A stretch of 64,000 nt of DNA from Mobula hypostoma (taxonomy: Eukaryota): assembly GCF_963921235.1 (NCBI RefSeq), contig NC_086097.1, positions 188,358,001 to 188,422,000 of the forward strand. The letters are read 5' to 3'. Made by a program: the position numbers and the translations under genes. Below, one piece after another: positions 54,182 through 64,000 of this stretch; within the stretch, counting starts at the first letter, position 1, and the number at the start of each line of letters is the position of its first letter. Below the pieces are notes generated by a model. That model saw nothing but the letters and a program-made list of their open reading frames with translations, did no database searches and had not been told where the DNA came from.

Positions 54182-57100
54182 AATGGTTGGGGGGTGGGAA
54201 TCAAATTAAAGAGGCTAGGCGTGAGGAGGTTAGTTCACAACAGAGGGATGGGAACCAGTGCAGAGAGACAGAGGGGTGTAAAGTGAGGGTAGAAGCAAAA
54301 AGTACTAAGGAGAAAAGTAAAAGTGGCAGGCCGACAAATCCAGGGCAAGCGTTAAAAAGGGCCACTTTTCAACACAATTGTACAAGGGCTAAGAGAGTTG
54401 TAAAAGAGCGCCTGAAGGCTTTATGTGTCAATGCAAGGAGCATTCGTAATAAGGTGGATGAATAGAAAGTGCAGATTGTTATTAATGATTATGATATAGT
54501 TGGGATCACAGAGACATGGCTCCAGGGTGACCAGGGATGGGAGCTCAACGTTCAGGGATATTCAATATTCAGGAGGGATAGACATGAAGGAAGGGGAGGT
54601 GGGGTGGCGTTGCTGGTTAAAGAAAAGATTAACGCAATAGAAAGGAAGGACATAAGCCGGGAAGATGTGGAATCGATATGGGTAGAGCTGCGTAACACCA
54701 AGGGGCAGAAGACGCTGGTGGGAGTTGTGTACAGGCCACCTAACAGTAGTAGTGAGGTCGGAGATGGTATTAAACAGGAAATTAGAAATGTGTGCAATAA
54801 AGGAACAGCAGTTATAATGGGTGACTTCAATCTACATGTAGACTGGGTGAACCAAATTGGTAAAGGTGCTGAGGAAGAGGATTTCTTGGAATGTATGTGG
54901 GATGGTTTTTTGAACCAACATGTCGAGGAACCAACTAGAGAGCAGGCTATTCTGGACTGGGTTTTGAGCAATGAGGAAGGGTTAATTAGCGATCTTGTCG
55001 TGAGAGGCCCCTTGGGTAAGAGTGACCATAATATGGTGGGATTCTTCATTAAGATGGAGAGTGACATAGTTAATTCAGAAGCAAAGGTTCTGAACTTAAA
55101 GAGGGGTAACTTTGAAGGTATGAGATGTGAATTAGCTAAGATAGACTGGCAAATGACACTTAAAGGATTGACGGTGGATATGCAATGGCAAGCATTTAAA
55201 GGTTGCATGGATGAACTACAACAATTGTTCATCCCAGTTTGGCAAAAGAATAAATCAAGGAAGGTAGTGCACCCGTGGCTGACAAGAGAAATTAGGGATA
55301 GTATCAATTCCAAAGAAGAAGCATACAAATTAGCCAGAGAAAGTGGCTCACCTGAGGACTGGGAGAAATTCAGAGTTCAGCAGAGGAGGACAAAGGGCTT
55401 AATTAGGAAGGGGAAAAAAGATTATGAGAGAAAACTGGCAGGGAACATAAAAACGGACTGTAAAAGCTTTTATAGATATGTAAAAAGGAAAAGACTGGTA
55501 AAGACAAATGTAGGTCCCCTGCAGACAGAAACAGGTGAATTGATTATGGGGAGCAAGGACATGGCAGACCAATTGAATAATTACTTTGGTTCTGTCTTCA
55601 CTAAGGAGGACATAAATAATCTTCCAGAAATAGTAAGGGACAGAGGGTCCAGTGAGATGGAGGAACTGAGCGAAATACATGTTAGTAGGGAAGTGGTGTT
55701 AGGTAAATTGAAGGGATTGAAGGCAGCTAAATCCCCAGGGCCAGAAGGTCTGCATCCTAGAGTGCTTAAGGAAGTAGCCCAAGAAATAGTGGATGCATTA
55801 GTGATAATTTTTCAAAACTCGTTAGATTCTGGACTAGTTCCTGAGGATTGGAGGGTGGCTAATATAACCCCACTTTTTAAAAAAGGAGGGAGAGAGAAAC
55901 CGGGGAACTATAGACCTGTTAGCCTAACGTCGGTGGTGGGGAAACTGCTGGAGTCAGTTATCAAGGATGTGATAACAGCACATTTGGAAAGCGGTGAAAT
56001 GATTGGACAAAGTCAGCATGGATTTGTGAAAGGAAAATCATGTCTGACGAATCTCATAGAATTTTTTGAGGATGTAACTAGTAGAGTGGATAGGGGAGAA
56101 CCAGTGGATGTGGTATATCTGGATTTTCAAAAGGCTTTTGACAAGGTCCCACACAGGAGATTAGTGTGCAAACTTAAAGCACACGGTATTGGGGGTAAGG
56201 TATTGGTGTGGGTGGAGAATTGGTTAGCAGACAGGAAGCAAAGAGTGGGAATAAACGGGACCTTTTCAGAATGGCAGGCGGTGACTAGTGGGGTACCGCA
56301 AGGCTCAGTGCTGGGACCCCAGTTGTTTACAATATATATTAATGACTTGGATGAGGGAATTAAATGCAGCATCTCCAAGTCTGCGGATGACACGAAGCTG
56401 GGTGGCAGTGTTAGCAGTGAGGAGGATGCTAAGAGGATGCAGGGTGACTTGGGTAGGTTGGGTGAGTGGGCAAATTCATGGCAGATGCAATTTAATGTGG
56501 ATAAATGTGAAGTTATCCACTTTGGTGGCAAAAATAGGAAAACAGATTATTATCTGAATGGTGGCCGATTAGGAAAAGGGGAGGTGCAACGAGACCTGGG
56601 TGTCATTATACACCAGTCATTGAAAGTGGGCATGCAGGTACAGCAGGCGGTGAAAAAGGCGAATGGTATGCTGGCATTTATAGCGAGAGGATTCGAGTAC
56701 AGGAGCAGGGAGGTACTACTGCAGTTGTACAAGGCCTTGGTGAGACCACACCTGGAGTATTGTGTGCAGTTTTGGTCCCCTAATCTGAGGAAAGACATCT
56801 TTGCCATAGAGGGAGTACAAAGAAGGTTCACCAGATTGATTCCTGGGACGGCAGGACTTTCATATGAAGAAAGACTGGATGAATTGGGCTTGTACTCGTT
56901 GGAATTTAGAAGATTGAGGGGGAATCTGATTGAAACGTATAAAATCCTAAAGGGATTGGACAGGCTAGATGCTGGAAGATTGTTCCCGATGTTGGGGAAG
57001 TCCAGAACGAGGGGTCACAGTTTGAGGATAGAGGGGAAGCCTTTTAGGACCGAGATTAGGAAAAACTTCTTCACACAGAGAGTGGTGAATCTGTGGAATT

Positions 57101-57219
57101 CTCTGCCACAGGAAACAGTTGAGGCCAGTTCATTGGCTATATTTAAGAGGGAGTTAGATATGGCCCTTATGGCTACGGGGGTCAGGGGGTATGGAGGGAA
57201 GGCTGGGGCGGGGTTCTGA
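54172..57219 (+). pseudogene. CR1 ORF2 (APE endonuclease + reverse transcriptase) with one internal TAG
   Basis: One reading frame from 54166 to 57219 except TAG at 54463-54465; NARS, ETWL, YRPP, GDFN, SDH, DFQKAFD and PQGS motifs; catalytic box reads SADD. Confidence 0.92.
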
Positions 57220-57589
57220 GTTGGATGATCAGCCATGATCATAATAAATGGCGGTGCAGGCTCGAAGGGCCGAATGGCCTACTCCTGTACCTATCTTCTA
57301 TGTTTCTATGGAAGGATCTACTAAGCAGCTAAATTGCAAGTTCTAAGACAATACCTTAAGCAGGAAAGTAATACACTGCCAGGGACAATACTCAACTGAG
57401 ACAATTTTAAGTGGTAATAGAATCTCAAATCCTTCACCACAACCCTCCTGCCCTAGCCCAAAAGCAAAATTTAACAAATGAAAAAGTTAATTAAAATCTG
57501 CAGGGTCATGCCTCAAAACTAAAAGACATAATATTTGGCAATCCGTTTCTAGGCAGGTACTTAATCAATCATCATACTACATATAAAAA

Positions 57590-57654
57590 ATCATCTTCAT
57601 TTGGACTACAATGAATAATTGATAGTTATTCATTGTAGTCCAAATGACGATGAT
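57590..57654. repeat. Near-perfect hairpin, 29-bp arms with a 7-nt spacer
   Basis: atcatcttcatttggactacaatgaataa-ttgatag-ttattcattgtagtccaaatgacgatgat; one mismatch. Confidence 0.95.
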
Positions 57655-58470
57655 ATTCAAAAGGGACTTTAAAAGGTATTCACACTGTATTCACATATCA
57701 CTTCAGGCTTCAAATTGTGCAATAATTTATGAAAATTTCTTTGAGGAATGTCAGAATTTCATAAAATATGCAGCACAAAATGTAATATATTTAAACTGAA
57801 GCTTAATTGGTGACAGAAGTGAAGAATATGATTGATTTTTGTTTACAGCAACTTCTCAATCACCATAATTCTCATAAGTTTACAGTGGAGATATTGTTCT
57901 GTAAGTACCTCAACTGCTGGTTAAGTGGTAACATATTTCAAATATACTGGATAAAATTAGAACACATTGGAAGCTGCATTGCAGGTTTAAGAGAAAATAT
58001 ATCAGATGTAATAACTTGAAAACAATTTCAGTTTTAGTTATCAGCCAAATCCAAGAAATTTCTGTCCAAGAAATGGTTATATATTAATATCTGGAGATTA
58101 GGAAGGGAAATAAATGACCAAAATACAGTAACACAAGAGCAGGGGTACACAAATCAGCCCCTCAAACAGACTTCTCCATTCAATATCCTTGTGCCTAACC
58201 TGACCCAGGGCTTAATTCCACATCTAATCACAACTAAATATAATCAAGGGACTAATTTTTGATCATAACTGAAATCTCTGCATTTTTGATCAGAACTGAA
58301 ATCTCTGTATTTTCTTGCACTTGTACAGGAGTTTTCATTTGAAAGAGTGCCTACTTGAATTATATAATTTTATATTAATTGTATAAGCAGAAATCAAACA
58401 TCAATGATAGTGTATTTCACTGCTTTTTAAATGCATAACAATAAATAAAATGGAAATAAAACTAACTACA

Positions 58471-58591
58471 ACAACAGGAATTCTGCAGATGCTGGAAATT
58501 CAAGCAACACACATCAAAGTTGCTGGTGAACGCAGCAGGCCAGGCAGCATCTCCAGGGAGAGGCACAGTCGATGTTACAGGCCGAGACCCT
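58471..58591 (-). mobile_element. Short Penelope-derived 3'-end insertion
   Basis: Reverse complement of 2100-2186-type sequence; TSD taactaca at 58463-58470 and 58592-58599. Confidence 0.85.
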
Positions 58592-58900
58592 TAACTACAC
58601 ATCATTTTCATTTCATTTCATTTCCAATTCAGTGCGCCAACAAAGCACAGAACTGCACTCCAATTCAGCTGTGAATGATTGTGCAGAAATGAAATTACTT
58701 TCCAGAGGGAGAGCCAACCGCCTCAGTCTGATCTTACACTTTCTAATGCTGTGACTGTATTGAGAAAAAAAAGGCTTTGAATCAGGTCACTTATCCCCAT
58801 TCTAAGCACAAACACATGTGTGTAATCCAAACAAACCAAGAAAGGCTTCACATAATACAACCAAGCCTGACTTATAGGATAAACAAAAAGGAATGCATTA

Positions 58901-59041
<141 letters not shown>

Positions 59042-59358
59042 TTAAGAAGAAAGCATACACTATAAATGACAAAATAGCATAAAACTACCTGAATGTAAAA
59101 ATAGAAATCTTAAATCTTCACTACCCTTATAGTACTCTTTTAAATAAATACCAAATTTGGTTTTAAGTTCTCCACTAAAAGTCAAGTTTTCCTATTAACA
59201 GAAACAATTAAAAGGTGCTTTACATTGAACAATAATATGATTATCGTTCAAACTTCAGACATTGTAGAAACCCATGACAGTGTGTACTGTCCTTTTCAAA
59301 GATAATTGTTTAAGCATTTATTATTCCACATAGTAAATGGAATTTTAGATAGCCTAAC

Positions 59359-60339
59359 TAACTAGAATCCAGTTTATCAGTTAAATCGGGGAAGCCGTTT
59401 ATTTGGGCCAATTCTTAACAATCAATAATGAAGAAAATAAATTTGGCATTCACTTCGTTTATTTGGGATACTATGTCACTTAGTTGGGATGGAAGATTCT
59501 ACCGAACAGTTTCTAACTAGCATCGTGTACTTGTGTGGCTGTTAAGACTCTACATGCCACTTAAAGTGAACGATTTCTAACTAGTGTCAATCGCCTAAAC
59601 TTGACTGGCCATTTTAGACTCTACTGCGTATTCAGAGCGAACAGTTTTTAAATAGCTTCAGTTGCATGTGTTTGCATTCAAAAAGCAATGATTTTTGTCA
59701 CCAATATTTGGCAAGAAAGACAATTCAGAACTGCTTTGCTTATTAGGGTTTCAATCATTCAGGCTTGGAAATGCCAGAAATGGCTGTTAAACATTGCGGA
59801 GCAAACAGTTTTTAAAATAGCTTCAGTAGTGTGTGCTTGTGTTATGTTATCCATTTGGACCGACAGACACAGATTCAAGAAGCAGTAATTTTCGATAATT
59901 TTGTTTTTTATTTTGACTTCATACAGGAAGGCAATGAAAGTAGTCGAGGGGTCTCGGCCTGAAACGTCGACTGTACCTCTTCCTAGAGATGCTGCCTGGC
60001 CTGCTGCGTTCACCAGCAACTTTGCTGTGTGTTGCTTAAAATTAGTGTATTATCTGCACTAGGTGACTGCACTGATATTGTTCATTGAAAGAACGTAGCA
60101 GCGATGAATTCTTCCGTCAATAACTATTAGGAACTAGTACAGCTTTATGATACTAAAGTAGTATTTGTAGTGTTCTAATTTGCTCTGTATTTCATTTAAA
60201 GGCATAATTTGTCGCTGGTAGTTATTTCTTTTTTATGCCTTTTATCTATTAGCATGAAACTTTAGCTAATTGGGGCAGCTGCTTATTGGGCCAAAATATA
60301 CTGGTCACAATGTGTCCCTATTAACCAGAATCAACTGTA
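59359..60339. mobile_element. Tigger/pogo-like non-autonomous DNA element with a nested Penelope-derived piece (~59946-60037)
   Basis: Right end tgtccctattaaccagaatcaactg-ta; repeated subterminal ggggcagc.gcttattgggccaa; internal aacagttt.taa.tag repeats; left end decayed. Confidence 0.55.
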
Positions 60340-60560
60340 TATTCGAAATTACATATTGCAAGTAAATCTACAAGTGTATAAAAACAATGTTGAAATCTGA
60401 TCATTTTTAAAGCTTAACATAGCAAAGGCTGTAAATTACAAGGGTAACTCAGCAAAAACAGCACCATATATATAGCATCCTGAAGATCTTCACAAAATAA
60501 ATATCATAAACAAAATGTCACTGATCATATGAAGATAAAATGGGAGTGGGAAATTAAAGT

Positions 60561-60761
60561 GACACGCACAAAATGCTGGAGGAACTCAGCAGGCCATGCA
60601 GCATCCAGGAAGAGTACAGTCGATGTTTTGAGCCGAAACCCTTCTGCAGGCCAGAAAAGTCCACTGTACTCTTCTCCTAGATGTTGCCTGGACTGCTGAG
60701 TTCCTCCAGCATTTTGTGTTTGTTGCTTGGATTTCCACATCTACAGATTTTCTTGCTTGTG
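60561..60761. mobile_element. Fold-back Penelope-derived insertion
   Basis: 15-bp TSD gtgggaaattaaagt at 60546-60560 and 60762-60776; arms 60562-60620 and 60663-60723 are reverse complements. Confidence 0.85.
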
Positions 60762-60936
60762 GTGGGAAATTAAAGTTTGATTAAAACGGTAGGCTTTGAG
60801 GAGCATCTTAAAAAGAGAAGAGGAAGGTAGTGAAATGCAAGATGGGAATTTTAAATCTTATGGGTTTGTAACTTTTACTATATCTATAAAGTTCAAAAAT
60901 TTTGATCAGATTTACACACTTAAGTAATTTACTCAC

Positions 60937-60996
60937 AATGAAGTTCATCTGACAGCCACCCATGATGTAATCCAAGAAAGAATACTCTTTCACAAT
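60937..60996 (-). CDS. CPNE3: Copine-3-like coding exon B
   Basis: ttacag|ATT...ATT|gtgagt; 60 nt, IVKEYSFLDYIMGGCQMNFI. Confidence 0.92.
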
Positions 60997-61204
60997 CTGT
61001 AAAGTTAATGTTTAAAGTTTTAAATCTAGCATTTGTCATAATTCCTTTAATTCATTGATTTATAACTCAAAGCACCAGTTTCTTATCTGATAATTAATAT
61101 AGTTCAAAGCATTTAGTTGTTTCAATGCAACCGGCTGCATCATAGATTTTCAAATTGTAATGGATTAAGCATCTCTTTTCACAAATTGGATATTGTAGAT
61201 GTAC

Positions 61205-61530
61205 CAGGAAATACAGAACGCACTTTTATAATCATAGAGGGATACAGCCCTGAAACAGCTCTCTCTTCCATCAAACCCATCAACCACCCATTTACTACAT
61301 TAATGTCATTATTATTCCCACTGTCTCATCAAATTTCCCCACCCCTCTATTTCTACCACTCAACTGCAATTTATAATGTCAATTAACCCACACACCTTTT
61401 GGATGTGTGAGAAAATCCACATGGTCATAGGGAAAACCAGCAAATTCAACACAGACAGAACCCTACATAAGGATTAAGTATGGATCTTTGGCATTGCGAG
61501 GCAGATTTACTGGCTGAACCACTGTGCACT
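61205..61530 (-). mobile_element. Old V-SINE-like remnant
   Basis: Minus strand gcacagtggttcagcc head and tcacacatccaaaagg V-domain remnant. Confidence 0.5.
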
Positions 61531-62140
61531 GTGACATAGCCTTGCACATCCTCAAGAGATCTCACAGCCCAGCTGACTTTTCTTTTTATTTGTAACTATG
61601 GGAAATCATATAGAATTTGTTCCATTGAACAAAATACAACACAAACAGAATCGAGGTCATTAAACAAGGTACTCTAACGGCCATTATGATGAACCACGAC
61701 GTAATCGACCAATTTAATTCACTGCAGGCAAAAGAACAGCAATTCTCAAATGCGACCTGTTCCTTCTATTTATAAAGTTAAATAGAACTTATGCTGAAAT
61801 ATATTTGTGTAGGTTGAATACCCCTTATCTGACATTCCAAAATCTCAAAATCTGCATAATTTAAATTAATCATATTCAATATAAATTAGGACCAATAATG
61901 AAGTTACAACTGAAATTCCTCTTTTTTGAACGAATGCTTGCAGACAAAAATATATTTTTATTGCGTTGAAAATAAAAAATATTAAATTCCACTAAATATA
62001 TACACAATTAAGTTCTAGCTTGGCACATGATTACATTGATTGAATGGAAGAGGTGGGAAATACCATTGAAGATGGGTGCACTCACCATATTAGAGGCACG
62101 ACAAACTGTTGAACAAATTTATAGTAATGTCTGTGTTCTA

Positions 62141-62305
<165 letters not shown>

Positions 62306-62779
62306 TCAAAAAGAACACAGAAACCTATTCTACAAAAAAAAAAGGAAAGGAATTTGATTAGCGTCAAGTAATCCTACAGCATTTTCCTTGCAGATTATAT
62401 GGAATTACACCACATTAGCCAAGAATGCTTACAGCCTTCTCTGGAAGAGCAGTACCAGTTCACATGAACATTGTCCCAGCCAAAAGCAAATCAAGTAGCA
62501 GTTTATTCATAGTCGTGCTGGGTGGTGAAGCTTTGGCATGTTACACAATGCTTTTGTCACATTGATTTTGAATATTGAATAACCATCTCCTCAACAAGTA
62601 TGGGGAAATTTAAAAAATTGAGAAAAGTATCAGGAAAGTTTAAATTTTGATTAAATAAACTGCAAACATCCAGCTAGGCCAAGACTAGGGTTTGATTTGA
62701 TAAAATACTTTCCTTCTAATGGAACAACTGTGCACAGCTAATTTCAACATTTCTGAAGTGAGGTGAGGACCTCTGCCAC

Positions 62780-63350
62780 TCAGAGCTGACCATGGATATT
62801 GTGTCCTGGCTGTCTAGATACGCAAGCCTGGTCAGTACGATATGGAGAGCAGGTTATTGCACATGTAGCAAGCCTTCCCTCTCCACGCATCTGATAAACC
62901 CAGAGGAATGGCAGAGACCAATACAGTTTAGTACCAGCAGCACTGCAGGAGGTGCCAGTCAGCAATGACCTCAATGTAGGATTGCCTTAGGGGCTCCAAC
63001 TCCAGATTTTTCCCTCAGGGTTTGCTCCCGAAGCCCTCTGCGTAAGTGGGTATAGCTACAAGGCAGTGGAGATTTGAGATCAAAGTTTTCCTTCCCCTAG
63101 ATGAGCTGTCAACGATGGCTGACAAGTCACATCTGCCTGAAGCAACTGGTTTTAAGGCGCCAATAACTCGCCTTTGCCTCTTCTGTCAGTAGAAACGATT
63201 CTGCCGGGCTTAATAGCTCAGCCACACGTGAAGGTCAGGAGTTGGTCTTGGTTGTCAGAGGTTATTTGAGGCACGTGCCATTAGGAGTATTTAATAGGTA
63301 CTGGGAGCTATCTCTATTACCACCCCCAGCTGTAACAACCTTAAGGAACC
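62780..63350 (-). mobile_element. ~570-bp non-coding interspersed repeat (possibly RTE-related)
   Basis: Homologous to 4221-4655 with the same termini. Confidence 0.6.
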
Positions 63351-63494
63351 CAATATTTCGAAAACCCTAGTTATTTATTTTAAAATGACTTTTGTGACAA
63401 GTGTTGGATCCAACTGTCATTTCTTACATTAGAATGTTTAATTGTTATATTCTTTGCAGACACACATAAAGCAAAAACTCTGATCCAGGAATAT

Positions 63495-63750
63495 ATTCCT
63501 GGATTCAATTCCAACATCATTCTGTAAAGAGTATCTGTACGTTCTCCCCGTGGAATGTGTGGGTTTTCCCCTGGTGCTCTGGTTTCCTCCCACAGTCTAA
63601 AGGCGTACTGGGTAGGATAATTGTTCATTGTAAACTGTACTGTAATTAGATTAGGGTTAATTAGGGTTGTGAAGTTACTGGGGTGAGGATGCTCGAAGGA
63701 CCGGAAAGGCCTATTCCATTGTACTTTGCCAAATAAAATAACAAATAAAC
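63495..63750 (+). mobile_element. V-SINE (HE1-like), 5' truncated
   Basis: ggattcaattcc B-box-like; ggtttcctcccacagtctaaag V-domain; aaataa-rich tail. Confidence 0.7.
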
Positions 63751-64000
63751 AAATCAGTTTATTGAAAGTTCTCTGTAACAGGACCCTTATGTAACCCCGG
63801 GACTGCATGACAAACTGTCATGCAGCACAAGAGGCCAAGGTTACATTGTTTAAACATGTTATGCAGAAATTCCATGCAAAACCATTAAAAATAGCTTAAG
63901 ATATAATCTGGAACCAATAGCCAAAAGTAAGGGAAAAAAATTAACAGGTACATAGTTTCATTATAGGAGTTTCCAGTATTGGCATCCTTTTTGGAGAGTT

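Larger units (their letters stand above)
53240..57310 (+). mobile_element. Nearly intact CR1 LINE lacking most of its 5' UTR, antisense in a copine intron
   Basis: ORF1 + ORF2 + 3' UTR ending ttctatgtttctatg. Confidence 0.95.

Noticed and set aside
54552..55328. 258-aa antisense ORF, and similar antisense ORFs over other CR1 copies
   Set aside because: Shadow frames of CR1 ORF2 with no independent domain signal
58256..58312. 27-bp tandem duplication
   Set aside because: Ordinary local duplication with no sign of function
63180..63260. HDV/CPEB3-like ribozyme (UUCACGU loop on minus)
   Set aside because: I could not assemble P1 and P1.1 in the required order; needs a descriptor search on the family consensus

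Overview
Eukaryotic, repeat-dense vertebrate DNA, most likely from a cartilaginous fish (inferred from HE1/V-SINE-type, CR1 and Penelope-like repeats). The only host gene I can support is the 3' part of a copine, best matching CPNE3, on the minus strand. It has eight coding exons (62245 down to the stop at 34849; 867 nt, 288 aa) with canonical GT-AG boundaries and consistent phases, covering the end of C2B and the whole vWA domain. The 5' exons lie beyond the right edge. The rest is mostly mobile DNA: about ten CR1 LINE copies (one nearly intact at 53240-57310), Penelope-like elements and short derivatives with degenerate minimal hammerhead motifs, three solo LTRs, V-SINEs, an L1 fragment, Tc1- and Tigger-like pieces, and a Chapaev3-like deletion derivative. 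Best leads: (1) the CR1 ORF1/ORF2 junction has an in-phase U-UUA-AAC slippery heptamer leading into an AUG-less ORF2 in the -1 frame; (2) near-identical inverted 2-kb CR1 copies bracket three copine exons; (3) a 3.4-kb unit bounded by ~350-bp inverted repeats and an 8-bp near-duplication. Repeat boundaries and family names were assigned by eye, without database searches.
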